Source of the DNA: Candidatus Parvarchaeum acidophilus ARMAN-5
GTDB taxonomy: Archaea; Nanobdellota; Nanobdellia; Parvarchaeales; Parvarchaeaceae
DNA length: 53,394 nt
Reading direction: 5' to 3'
NCBI GenBank assembly: GCA_002412085.1
Contig: GG745553.1
Span: forward strand, 1 to 53,394
The notes under the pieces are model-generated. The model was given only the letters and a program-made list of their open reading frames with translations. It was not told where the DNA came from and searched no databases. This document shows, one piece after another, positions 18,733 through 29,113 of the stretch (its first letter is position 1; each line of letters opens with the position of its first letter). A program made the translations under genes and the position numbers.

Positions 18733-19638
18733 CTACTTCTTTTTAGTAGATTTGGCATGCTGTAAAGAATCTGCTACGCTTATAAGCTTTTTTATTATCT
18801 CGCTCCTTGGAAAGTCAACTGATTCCGATTGACAAAGTACACTTACAGAGAATACATTACTTTTGTTTGCGAAACTGGTTTCAGATATAAATATTGAAGG
18901 CTCATCTGCTACAAACTCAAGTTTACTGATTTCTTTTTTTGCTTTTAATATGAAAGTATCTGGATCAACGTTGGAAGGGACCTCATACCTTACCTTTACA
19001 TTTCTGTTCTTTTCGTTATTGATGAAAATAGAGGCCTGTAGAACTATGCTATTCGGTATTTTTATCGGTATATTATTCTCTAACCTTATGGTTGTAAAGG
19101 TAAGATTCATCTTCTCAACTACGCCGGTATAACCTGGAACTAAGAAATCATCTGAAAAAAATTTAGGAGGGTAACTCGGCGCTATAAGGCCATACTGCCA
19201 TGTGCTTATTGTGATGTTATCCCCAATATTAAAAGGCCTTGAAAAAAGCAGTACTATGCCGCTGAAAAAATTAGACAGAGAAGTCTGTGCAGCAAGACCA
19301 ATGACTACTCCTGCAAAACCTCCACCTAAAAGTATGGATGTAATGCCTATTCTAAAGGAAGAAAGAGCTATTGCAATAACTATTATGTAACCTGCAAGCC
19401 TAGTCACAAAAATTAATGTATTACTTACCTGCTTGTTTTTGCCGCTTACCCTTATCTCAATTATATCGCTTAGTAGGTTTACAATCATTACACCTGTAAC
19501 CAAGATTATAAGCATGTATATTATTTCCTTGTATTCTGGAGGTATGAAAGAAAATATGCTTATTATGAATGCAAGCACAGAAAACGCTATTATAACTAGT
19601 ATAATAGAGTATATCTTTCTAGCAGTTATATTCTCCAT
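18733..19638 (-). CDS. mscS: Small-conductance mechanosensitive channel
   Basis: GVVIGLAAQTSLSNFFSG, RPFNIGD and IPNS motifs. Confidence 0.93.
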   Translation of the reverse strand: MENITARKIYSIILVIIAFSVLAFIISIFSFIPPEYKEIIYMLIILVTGVMIVNLLSDIIEIRVSGKNKQVSNTLIFVTRLAGYIIVIAIALSSFRIGITSILLGGGFAGVVIGLAAQTSLSNFFSGIVLLFSRPFNIGDNITISTWQYGLIAPSYPPKFFSDDFLVPGYTGVVEKMNLTFTTIRLENNIPIKIPNSIVLQASIFINNEKNRNVKVRYEVPSNVDPDTFILKAKKEISKLEFVADEPSIFISETSFANKSNVFSVSVLCQSESVDFPRSEIIKKLISVADSLQHAKSTKKK

Positions 19639-19727
19639 GAATGAAATAAAAATTAAAGATATAAAAAGATTTTATGAAAATGGGTATTAAGTTAAATCCT
19701 AAAAAACTATAAGAAACTTGAATTTAA

Positions 19728-20393
19728 TCAACTTGGTATATATTTCTTCCAGTCTTTGTTGTTTTTTTCAATCGGAACAAAATGCACATTTTCTTCCATC
19801 TCATTTCTTAATTCTGAATTTACCAGAAATTTATTTACCGGGGATACGTGCTCCAGTATATTAAGGGTAATTGTATCTTCATTGGATTTTGGGTATATAT
19901 GCCAGCAAACCGTATCTCCTTCTGGATTCTTTCTTATATTATTAAGGATGTACTCTCTGTCATCGTAAATATCATATTTAGAACCTTTCCCTTTTAGGTA
20001 TAACTTAAAAAAATTCAAGTGTTTACCTTTGTAACCTATATTGTTTTTTTCACATTTATTAATCGAGTACACCAAGTCTTCTATGAGTCTATGACTGAAT
20101 AGATCTGTATCATCTCCATTTGAAACGTATTTTATACGACCGGGAGCACTATTCTTAAAAAGATATAAAAAAGTGCCTTCTTCATTGTTTAGTACATAAG
20201 CGTGGACCCTTTTGTATGTTACTAAATCCGAATTCTTGAAGAACAGGTACTCTCCAGTATTTTCTTCCTTTACTGGATCGACTTTAATGTATGCATATGA
20301 AAATGCAAAGTTCATATTATCCAAGTAACCATTAAAATTATCTAACTTTTCTCCCTTACTAAGTAATGACTCTAGAAATTGTTCTTTTTTCAT
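19728..20393 (-). CDS. Hypothetical protein
   Basis: 221-aa ORF with an upstream TATA-like element; no motif recognised. Confidence 0.7.
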   Translation of the reverse strand: MKKEQFLESLLSKGEKLDNFNGYLDNMNFAFSYAYIKVDPVKEENTGEYLFFKNSDLVTYKRVHAYVLNNEEGTFLYLFKNSAPGRIKYVSNGDDTDLFSHRLIEDLVYSINKCEKNNIGYKGKHLNFFKLYLKGKGSKYDIYDDREYILNNIRKNPEGDTVCWHIYPKSNEDTITLNILEHVSPVNKFLVNSELRNEMEENVHFVPIEKNNKDWKKYIPS

Positions 20394-20575
20394 ATATTTT
20401 ATAGAAATATTCCAATATATAAATGTTATTATTTGTAATATTTACAACTATACACATGACTTTTGTGCAAAAAACAATCTATATTTGTTTTTATTTTAAA
20501 TATATTGATATAAAAATAAATCAACTTTCTATCTAAATGCTTAAATAGACATCATAATCTTATTATAAGATATAT

Positions 20576-21994
20576 ATGGTATTGGGAAATAAGTTTGATC
20601 CATTATACACAGCGAAAAAGGACATAGAAGATATAATTGCAGAAAATGATAAAGATGAAAGAATAAACAAGATAGTAAAGAAAAAAGGACTAAAACTTTC
20701 TGAGATAGTGGAAAACGAAATCAAGATATCCTATGATACACTTACTACATATACGTCTTACAGAACAAGAGACTACAAGAGAACTTTAATAGAGCTAATA
20801 GAGAACATTGAGTATATAAAAGAATTTTCAAAAAGCACATATCCTTCGATTAAATTTAAAATCGACTTTGATAGAAACGATGAAAAATATTACATAGAAG
20901 GTATGAATGATAAAGGAGAAACGCTGTTTTCATTCAACATTTCTAAAAACAAATACGAAACGGGAGACCTTACCAAGACTTATATTTACACAAACATATA
21001 CAAGAAATTTGCGGAAAATGCAGACTTTGCAAAGGAATTCTTTTCTATAATAAACAAAAACGTGATACTGAAAGATATAAATGATTCATATAGAGACATT
21101 TTAACAGCCGATGAAGCCAACGAACAAGAAGGCCCAGAAGACAGAATGAACAGCTTAGGAATTGAAGTATATAAAGGTGAAATTGGGATGAAAAGCGTCG
21201 GTGGTTATCGTGATATAAAAGATAGAATAGAAAGAGAGATATTTACACCGTTTACTAACAAAAAGTTACTATCTGAGATAAGAGAGCTTACCAGGGGAGA
21301 AAAAAGAAACGAAGTGAACGGTGCACTTTTTTATGGGGAACCAGGAACCGGAAAAACGCTTATGGCAAGGGCCATATCATATGAAAACGAAATAAACTTT
21401 CTTTACCTCAACATAGCCCAGATTTATAGTAAATGGTATGGTGAATCTGCTAACAGGATGAAAACAGCAATGGATACAGTAAAAAGATACGCAAAGGAAA
21501 ACGGCAAAACCGTACTTTTTATAGATGAGATAGACTCGCTGGGTGACAGAAAATATTTAAGCACTGAAAGCAGCAAGGTTCTTAACGTTCTACTAACCTA
21601 TTTGAGCGGTATAAAATCGGATAACGATGACGAACTCCTGTTTATAGGCTGCACTAACATGATTGAAAACCTTGATCCTGCGCTCTTATCAAGATTCAAA
21701 AGCAAGATTTATTTCAGAAAGCCTAATAAAGACGATAGAAAGGAAGTACTGTCTACTTACTGCAGAAAACTTGATGAAAATGAGTTGGAAGAGCTGGCTG
21801 ATAAGAGCGATAACCTTACTGGAAGAGATTTAGAATCGATTGCATCCATAGCAGAAGATAACCTTGCGTATGATATAGCAAAAAACAGAAAGAATTATAA
21901 AACCCCACGACTTGAAGATTATCTGGCTGCATTATCCATATTCAAACAGCACAGCGAAGAACAGAAAACAAAAAATAGTAGTATGTATAGCTAA
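20576..21994 (+). CDS. AAA+ ATPase (classic AAA clade, single domain)
   Basis: Walker A GEPGTGKT, Walker B FIDEID, SRH TNMIENLDPALLSRF. Confidence 0.93.
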   Translation: MVLGNKFDPLYTAKKDIEDIIAENDKDERINKIVKKKGLKLSEIVENEIKISYDTLTTYTSYRTRDYKRTLIELIENIEYIKEFSKSTYPSIKFKIDFDRNDEKYYIEGMNDKGETLFSFNISKNKYETGDLTKTYIYTNIYKKFAENADFAKEFFSIINKNVILKDINDSYRDILTADEANEQEGPEDRMNSLGIEVYKGEIGMKSVGGYRDIKDRIEREIFTPFTNKKLLSEIRELTRGEKRNEVNGALFYGEPGTGKTLMARAISYENEINFLYLNIAQIYSKWYGESANRMKTAMDTVKRYAKENGKTVLFIDEIDSLGDRKYLSTESSKVLNVLLTYLSGIKSDNDDELLFIGCTNMIENLDPALLSRFKSKIYFRKPNKDDRKEVLSTYCRKLDENELEELADKSDNLTGRDLESIASIAEDNLAYDIAKNRKNYKTPRLEDYLAALSIFKQHSEEQKTKNSSMYS

Positions 21995-22115
21995 ATAACT
22001 ATAAAAAACCGCCACTGTTTATATAAATTAATTTATAGTATACAACTAAATTAAAAAAATAAACATCAATTATCACATTATTAAGATTTTTATTAATGAA
22101 ATACTAAATATTATT

Positions 22116-23894
22116 ATGAGTGATATTTTTACTGAGATATCTGTAAACGGAGATATATCTAGGTTAATAATAAATAAATATAATCCTGTAATAAAATACA
22201 ATTTTAAGGCAAAAAACAAAAAAATAGAAAAAGGCAAAATAAAGATTAACGGAATAGAGCTCACTATTTCCGGAAAAAATGGAACGTTAGAAATAAAAAA
22301 ACCTCTGGATATAGAAGAACATATATTGGGATTGGGAGAAAAACCATTCGAATTAGAGAGAAGACGGACAAAACTTACTATGTGGAATAGTGAGCCATCG
22401 GGATATACGGTCTATACAGATCCTATTTACTCTTCAACGCCCTTTTTTATATCAGTAGATAAAAACAAGAAAACTGGCATTTTTGTGAATTATCCGGGAA
22501 AGGTCACATTCGATTTTGGAGTAAGTGATTATGGTAATACGACTATAACGGTAGATAACACAGGAGCGGAAATTTTTGTCATTACTAAGAGTAGTATAAA
22601 AGATATAATAAAAGAATTTACCATGCTTACTGGAAAACCATTTCAAATTCCTGATTGGGCCCTTGGACATACGATATCCAGATACAGCTATTTTCCCGAG
22701 GAAAAAGTAATAGAAGTACTTAAGAATTACAAAGAATCGGTGAAAGTGGACTGTGTATATCTTGATATAGATTATATGAATGGATACAGGCTTTTCGAAT
22801 GGGATAAAAATAGATTTAATAATCCTACGGATATGATAAAAAAGATACATAAATTAGGGTCTAAAACAGTTACTATTATAGACCCTAGCATAAAACTTGA
22901 TCAGAACTATGAATCGTTTAAAGATGGTTTAGGAAATTACTGCGAAACAGACAGCGGAGAATTATATAGTGAGAAAATGTGGCCAGGCAGGAGCGTTTAT
23001 CCGGATTTCTTCAATAAAAATGCAAGAGAATGGTGGGGCAAAAAAATAAAGAGATGGGTATCCAATTATGACATTGATGGAATATGGTTGGATATGAATG
23101 AACCTACCGTATTCAATGAGAGAAGAACTTTTGACAAAGATGTTATACATAAACTTGACGATGGCAGGAAATTACATCATGATGAAGTTCACAATGCATA
23201 TCCATTGATGGAAGCTATGGCTACGAAAGAAGCACTAGGAAAAGACTCGTTTGTGCTATCTAGGGCAGGATACCCTGGTATACAAAAATATGCTGCTATG
23301 TGGAGTGGTGATACTAAATCTTCCTGGGAAGACATGAAAATACAGATACCGTTGCTTCTAAGCATGAGTATATCCGGTATGCCATATGTAGGCTGTGATA
23401 TCGGTGGATTCATAGGCAGAAGCGATCCCGAACTGCTTTCCAGATATTATCAGATGTGTTCTTTATTTCCAATATTTAGAAACCACAAAGATAAAGGCTA
23501 CAATGACCAAGAGATATACAATATCGAGACAAAATACGCTCAAAGAATAAAAAAAGCTATAGAGACTAGATACAATTTCATAAAATACATTAAATCATTG
23601 GCAGCTGAGTCAAGTAAGTATGGTACTCCCATTATAAGACCACTTTTTTATGAATTTGAAGATGATGAAAATACATACCATATAAATGATCAGTACATGC
23701 TTGGAAGTAAAATATTGTTCGCTCCCATACTGGAAAGAGGTGCGACTGGCAGAGATGTATATATACCTAACGGGAACTGGGTGGATAAGGATACGCGCAA
23801 ATCCTTCAAAGGACCGGGATATATACATTTGGATTCTGACATGCCGATATTTATTAGAGAAAACGGAGATAAAATCAATGGATATGATAACTGA
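22116..23894 (+). CDS. Glycoside hydrolase family 31 alpha-glucosidase
   Basis: WLDMNEP nucleophile motif, WSGD, GCDIGGF, FRNH. Confidence 0.95.
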   Translation: MSDIFTEISVNGDISRLIINKYNPVIKYNFKAKNKKIEKGKIKINGIELTISGKNGTLEIKKPLDIEEHILGLGEKPFELERRRTKLTMWNSEPSGYTVYTDPIYSSTPFFISVDKNKKTGIFVNYPGKVTFDFGVSDYGNTTITVDNTGAEIFVITKSSIKDIIKEFTMLTGKPFQIPDWALGHTISRYSYFPEEKVIEVLKNYKESVKVDCVYLDIDYMNGYRLFEWDKNRFNNPTDMIKKIHKLGSKTVTIIDPSIKLDQNYESFKDGLGNYCETDSGELYSEKMWPGRSVYPDFFNKNAREWWGKKIKRWVSNYDIDGIWLDMNEPTVFNERRTFDKDVIHKLDDGRKLHHDEVHNAYPLMEAMATKEALGKDSFVLSRAGYPGIQKYAAMWSGDTKSSWEDMKIQIPLLLSMSISGMPYVGCDIGGFIGRSDPELLSRYYQMCSLFPIFRNHKDKGYNDQEIYNIETKYAQRIKKAIETRYNFIKYIKSLAAESSKYGTPIIRPLFYEFEDDENTYHINDQYMLGSKILFAPILERGATGRDVYIPNGNWVDKDTRKSFKGPGYIHLDSDMPIFIRENGDKINGYDN

Positions 23895-24723
23895 AAAAGT
23901 ACGCGTGATAACCGAGGACAGTTTGATAATGGAAGGGTTACTTTATAGATCAAATAAAAAAAGCAAAAATATAGTAATAAATGTGCATGGCACGGCAGGC
24001 AATTTTTATACTACTAATTTCATAGATGAAATGGCAAAAAAATACACTGATTCAAGCATAGACTTCATGCCTATGAACAACCGTGGACATGATTATATTT
24101 CAGAGATACAAAAAAGCGACGGTAAAGGCTCCAAACTAATAGGATATACATATGAAAAATTTACAGACTGTGTATATGATATAAAAGCATACGTAGATTT
24201 TGCTGTAAGAAAAGGATATAAAAATATTATATTACAGGGCCATAGCCTCGGAGCTGTAAAATGTGCCTATTATATGGCAAGTAAAACTGATAATAGAGTG
24301 AAAGGGTTAATATTTGCTTCTCCTCCAGATATGATTGGACTTGGAAAAGTGGAAGGAAATACAAATAAGATAGGTAAAGATCTTTTTTCTATAAATAGAA
24401 AAAATTTTCATCAGATAATATCATCTGAGACTTTAAAGCAGCTAAGAAAAAAGGACAGCCCAGCTGACATTTTTAGTACCTACGATATTAAGAAAAGGTC
24501 CATATTAGAAAGGATAAGACAGCCCATATTTGCTTTCTTTGGAGATACCAACGAAGCCACAATAATGGAATCCTTTACCGCATTGAAAATAATACGCGAA
24601 AAAGCAAGTTCCTGCAAAGATTTCACATACAAAGTATTCAAAGGCGCAAACCATATCTACCTTGGACATGAAAAAGAAGTTGCTTCGTCTGCAGCTAATT
24701 GGGTAAAAGAAAAACTCAACTAA
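23878..24723 (+). CDS. Alpha/beta-fold hydrolase (DUF1749-like)
   Basis: VHG, GHSLG nucleophile, GANH; ATG at 23878 with GGAG upstream preferred over the track's 23686 start. Confidence 0.85.
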   Translation: MDMITEKVRVITEDSLIMEGLLYRSNKKSKNIVINVHGTAGNFYTTNFIDEMAKKYTDSSIDFMPMNNRGHDYISEIQKSDGKGSKLIGYTYEKFTDCVYDIKAYVDFAVRKGYKNIILQGHSLGAVKCAYYMASKTDNRVKGLIFASPPDMIGLGKVEGNTNKIGKDLFSINRKNFHQIISSETLKQLRKKDSPADIFSTYDIKKRSILERIRQPIFAFFGDTNEATIMESFTALKIIREKASSCKDFTYKVFKGANHIYLGHEKEVASSAANWVKEKLN

Positions 24724-24726
24724 TAA

Positions 24727-25719
24727 TCATTTTACGTTAACCTGCTTGACAAACGTATCATTTTTATAGATATTATATTTTTTGAGTTTGAAATGAATCT
24801 CTGTACCTACTTTAAGTGGCATATTACCAACAAGTGTTATCATATGCCCATCCTTTGTTTCGCACATCCAATAATTTATATTGCCCGAAAGTTCATTAGT
24901 AACTAGCTTGGCTGTCATACTGCCTTTACCTGCCACAGCCCATTCCGGCCTGAAACCAATGAGTTCGTCTTTGCTTTTACTTATAAAACTCATTGGGAAA
25001 TTTCCTATAAAATCCGCCACCCATGTTGTACTCGGAGTATTATACAAGTTTTCAAACGAATCTATCTGCTCGAACTTCCCCTTATTCAATACGCCGACTC
25101 TAGTTGTTATATTCGAAGTTTCTCTTTGATCGTGAGTAACGTATATAAATGTACTTCCAAGGTTGTCTCTTAATTTCTTTAGTTCTTCCCTTGCCGTAAA
25201 CCTTACCCTTGCATCCAAGTTAGAAAAAGGTTCATCTAAAAGGAATAAGGCCGGCTTTCTCACCAAAGCGCGTGCTAAGGCTACACGCTGTTTTTGCCCT
25301 CCGCTTATTTTATTTATTGATGATTTCAATATTTCAGATATGCCTAAAAGTTTAGCCGCAGTATTTACCTTTTTTTCTATTTCTTGTTTATCCATACGGG
25401 CTATTTTCAGGGGAAAAGCTATATTACCAAAAACATCCATATTTGGATAAAGGGCATAGCTTTGAAAAACCATAGCTATATTTCTCTTATTTGGCGGTAA
25501 ATCAGTTACATCTTTTCCATCAACTATTACTGACCCGGAATCCGCATCTTCTATACCGACTAATACTCTAAGCAGCGTACTTTTACCGGTACCAGAAGGC
25601 CCAAGAATGGCGAAAAGCTCCCCTTCATATATCTTTAGGTTTATATTGTCTAGTACAACTTTATTTCCAAATTTCTTTGTCAAGTTTTTTAATTCAATTT
25701 TTACCTTTTTCTGTTTCAT
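24727..25719 (-). CDS. Sugar ABC transporter ATP-binding subunit (MalK/CUT1 type)
   Basis: GPSGTGKS, ISGGQKQR, LLDEP and YVTHDQ motifs. Confidence 0.95.
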   Translation of the reverse strand: MKQKKVKIELKNLTKKFGNKVVLDNINLKIYEGELFAILGPSGTGKSTLLRVLVGIEDADSGSVIVDGKDVTDLPPNKRNIAMVFQSYALYPNMDVFGNIAFPLKIARMDKQEIEKKVNTAAKLLGISEILKSSINKISGGQKQRVALARALVRKPALFLLDEPFSNLDARVRFTAREELKKLRDNLGSTFIYVTHDQRETSNITTRVGVLNKGKFEQIDSFENLYNTPSTTWVADFIGNFPMSFISKSKDELIGFRPEWAVAGKGSMTAKLVTNELSGNINYWMCETKDGHMITLVGNMPLKVGTEIHFKLKKYNIYKNDTFVKQVNVK

Positions 25720-26561
25720 CCTGTTAAACCTCCACTAAGGTATACTCCCTTAATATATTTTTGTAATATTACGGTTAAAACTATTACAGGTATAGATATT
25801 ACTGCTGCAAATGCTGCCGCTTGTACTAAGCTACCTTCAGTTATGTTGATATAGACTATAACTGGCAATGTAGGCTTAAGCGGAGAAAGAATAACTGCGA
25901 ATGTAAATTCATCCCAAGAGGTAAGCCATGATAGAAGAAATGCAACCGCTATACCTGCCTTTGCAAGAGGAGTAAGCAGAGTATACAAAGTTCTAAGCAC
26001 GCCCATACCGTCCACCCTGGCCTGATTTTCTATATCCTTTGGTATAGCTCTAAATGCTCCTAATATTATGAAGGTTGCCAATGGCATCGTGAATAGTGAC
26101 TGTGCTAATGCTAGTGCAATTACACTATCGAAAAGTCCAGCTTTTATAAATTCTGCAGATATCGGAATTGCTATTACAAGTGCGGGTACAAGATTCGCCA
26201 TAAAAAGAAACACCACTATAAGATTCGCGAGTCGTTTATTCATTTTACTAAGTCCATAAGCTGCAGGTATAGCTACTGCTAATGTTAGGGCACCTACTAA
26301 AAATGCTACTTCCAGGCTTTTAAACATTGGTGCAACAAAGTTATACTGTGTTAATGCGCTGATAAAGTTTGCTAACGTTATATGCGATAACAGCTGTGAC
26401 GGAAAAAGTTCATCCAAAGTGTATCTAGTTGGTGAGAAAGAAACAAGAAAAAGTATGTACAGAGGATAAATAAATATTATTGCTACTACAGATGCGACAA
26501 CATACAACAAATATTTATTTCTAGTTTTTCTTTTCATAGAATCAAGCCTCGTATGCCCCAA
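25716..26561 (-). CDS. Sugar ABC transporter permease (MalG-like)
   Basis: EAA-like loop IENQARVDG, SWDEF, multiple TMs. Confidence 0.93.
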   Translation of the reverse strand: MGHTRLDSMKRKTRNKYLLYVVASVVAIIFIYPLYILFLVSFSPTRYTLDELFPSQLLSHITLANFISALTQYNFVAPMFKSLEVAFLVGALTLAVAIPAAYGLSKMNKRLANLIVVFLFMANLVPALVIAIPISAEFIKAGLFDSVIALALAQSLFTMPLATFIILGAFRAIPKDIENQARVDGMGVLRTLYTLLTPLAKAGIAVAFLLSWLTSWDEFTFAVILSPLKPTLPVIVYINITEGSLVQAAAFAAVISIPVIVLTVILQKYIKGVYLSGGLTG

Positions 26562-27393
26562 TCATTCTTCTTCTAAATACTACTATAAGAGCGAATCCCA
26601 TAGCGAATGCAAACAAGATAGTCGCTGATGCAAGCGAATAATAAAGTGTAGATGTAGTAGAATAGAAGTTATACGTCAATGTCGTAAGCAAAGCTGGACT
26701 ATAACCAAAAAGTATAAGCGGCAAAGCGAATATATTAAATTCGGCTATACCTCTTATTATTAGTGCTATTGTCACAAAATCAGTCATATTCGGTAAAGTT
26801 ATACTGAAGAATCTTTTTATTGGTCCGGCACCATCTACCTTAGCTGCATTGTATAATTCGGGAGGGATTTGACTCATTCCCGCAAGTAGTATAAGAGCAA
26901 CTATAGGCGTCGTTTTCCAAGAATCTGCCAACATTGTAGTAAAAAGTGTCATATAAGCATTGGAGTACCAATTTATGGCATGAATCCCAAAAATCGAAAG
27001 AAGGGAATTCGCATAACCTCCAACGGCGGGAAATATTAATGAGAATGTATATGCAGAGACTACGGTAGCTATACCAAAAGGAAGAATATATATTGTAGAG
27101 AAAATTGACCTGCCCCTAAATGTTTTTGACAGAAGACTGGCTATAATAAAACCAAATGTAAATTCTATTGCCAATGCTCCTGCTGTAAGTATGACAGTAT
27201 TTATTATGGCTGAAAAAAGACCATAGTGTGTAAGAGCCGTAAAATTTGAAGTTGTTAGTTTACCAGTAGACGGAGAATGAAAAGCTTGAAAAATTCCGGT
27301 AAATGCCGGATAAAAAGATATCAAAACGATGTAAATTATAAGGGGCAAAATAAAAAATAATGGAAAATATTTGTGTTTTAACTTAAATTTCAT
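26542..27393 (-). CDS. Sugar ABC transporter permease (MalF-like)
   Basis: ADSWKTTP, LYNAAKVDGA, ITLP motifs. Confidence 0.93.
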   Translation of the reverse strand: MKFKLKHKYFPLFFILPLIIYIVLISFYPAFTGIFQAFHSPSTGKLTTSNFTALTHYGLFSAIINTVILTAGALAIEFTFGFIIASLLSKTFRGRSIFSTIYILPFGIATVVSAYTFSLIFPAVGGYANSLLSIFGIHAINWYSNAYMTLFTTMLADSWKTTPIVALILLAGMSQIPPELYNAAKVDGAGPIKRFFSITLPNMTDFVTIALIIRGIAEFNIFALPLILFGYSPALLTTLTYNFYSTTSTLYYSLASATILFAFAMGFALIVVFRRRMIGAYEA

Positions 27394-27438
27394 AACTACA
27401 ATAAATAATTGTTATTTAATTTAAACTTAAATAACTCA

Positions 27439-28902
27439 TTATGCTGCCGTAAGAGGAGTAAATACTCCATTCTCGTACTGATTCGCATATGTAGTGTTAT
27501 AAGTGGTTGCAAGATACTTGTAAAGTTTAGTGTTTTGAGTACTAAGTATACTTTGTATGGATGAAATAGTGCAAGTTCCACCACATTTATTTGTTACAAT
27601 GCTTGTAAATGCCTCATCAGCAAGTGTGTTCCACTCCGTTAACCAAGCTACAGGAGGTCTAAAAAATGCTCCTTGTTGCAACGCACTATCCATTGCGTAT
27701 TGTACCGCACTGGTATTATAAAGTGTCGTTCCATTGCTTAGAGTATTAACTACGGTATCGGTGGTTGCTATTGATTCATAGTTTGTTAGTGATCCTGGCC
27801 ACTGATAATCAAAGAAATTATATTCATTGTTGTTAAGGCCTTTGTATGATGCCCAATAATCATGTGTATACGCTGGAGAGAAATATGCGCTCATATTATA
27901 CATAAAGTAGTATGCTGCTACATCGCCGCTGTCATTAAACATTAAAGGATTACCTCCTGCTTGTACCATCCATTGGAACATTTCCGTAGAAGTACTAGCT
28001 CCTCCATGACCTTGCATGCTTATTCCACCGAGTCCGGCTGCTATTAATTTACTTCCCATAGTAATAAGTTGGCTCCAGTTCTGGGGCGGTGTAATGCCTA
28101 AGGATTTCAAAGCTCCAACATTGTACCAAACTAAAGGTATATTTGCTCTATATGGTAAAAAGTATACTCCTCCATACGTTTTTTGTTCATATGGTATAAG
28201 ACCAGCCATTGAAGGAACTAATGTTGTAGGAAGAACTGTAGAAGCATTCGTTATATTCATTAAATCTCCAGCATAGAAAAGAGTACCAATATCTAGATTG
28301 TCTTGTGCGATTACCGTAGCTCCCACATCATTACCTAATACTAAAGCTTCTATATCCTCAGTAATATCATTTGGCCTTGTCTGAATCCAGTTTATTTTTA
28401 TTTTAGGATATAAATGCTCGAATTCTGGGATTAACTCATTTTCCATAACTTGTGTTGCAGAAGCACTTACACCGAGATCATCGTAATAATTTACAGTAAC
28501 TGCTGGCCCATTGTATGTAGGTAGAGTTGAATTTGTTGTTCCTTTATCTATAGAAGGCCATCCTAATGATTCAATTGCATCTTGTGCTTGAACTGATGTA
28601 AAGAATGTTATAACTGTGTCTAATGCATTAATATTGGTAGCCCCTTTTGGTATAGCAAAAACGTCACCGCCTATGAGGTGCTCGCTGTTGTTCATACCGG
28701 CTGGACCATCATACACTCCTATCGTAGAAGAAGGTGAAAAAGAAACTGGCTTTACCGTACTTGTAGGAACTGAAACTACTTTAGAAGGAACATGTGAAAC
28801 GTAACCTATAAAGAAAAATATTATAGCCACAACTATAATAACTGCGACTGCCACTGAAGAAAAAACTTTGTTGTTTGGAGTTTTTGTTTTTTCCATCGAC
28901 AT
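27439..28902 (-). CDS. Sugar (trehalose/maltose-type) ABC substrate-binding protein, apparently segment-permuted
   Basis: N-terminal TM anchor; YYDDL, PYRANIPLVWYN, QGHGGAST and DYQWP motifs recalled from Sulfolobales TreS-like proteins. Confidence 0.88.
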   Translation of the reverse strand: MSMEKTKTPNNKVFSSVAVAVIIVVAIIFFFIGYVSHVPSKVVSVPTSTVKPVSFSPSSTIGVYDGPAGMNNSEHLIGGDVFAIPKGATNINALDTVITFFTSVQAQDAIESLGWPSIDKGTTNSTLPTYNGPAVTVNYYDDLGVSASATQVMENELIPEFEHLYPKIKINWIQTRPNDITEDIEALVLGNDVGATVIAQDNLDIGTLFYAGDLMNITNASTVLPTTLVPSMAGLIPYEQKTYGGVYFLPYRANIPLVWYNVGALKSLGITPPQNWSQLITMGSKLIAAGLGGISMQGHGGASTSTEMFQWMVQAGGNPLMFNDSGDVAAYYFMYNMSAYFSPAYTHDYWASYKGLNNNEYNFFDYQWPGSLTNYESIATTDTVVNTLSNGTTLYNTSAVQYAMDSALQQGAFFRPPVAWLTEWNTLADEAFTSIVTNKCGGTCTISSIQSILSTQNTKLYKYLATTYNTTYANQYENGVFTPLTAA

Positions 28903-29113
28903 TGACTATATTTATTTTATTATATATAAAGGTTTTCCTTTTAGCATTTTTTTATGCTGTGGTAATAAAAATAAAATATTATAAATTATTTTTAAATTAT
29001 AACACGAAATTATAACGTGGATTCTTATTTTTAATATTTATAATATAAAGTAAACTTCTAAATTGTATATAATGCTAATACAATTTTTAATTTAACTTCT
29101 GTAATAGATTAAT

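Noticed and set aside
23686-23877. N-terminal extension of the alpha/beta hydrolase
   Set aside because: Overlaps the GH31 3' end; ATG 23878 with an upstream GGAG fits better
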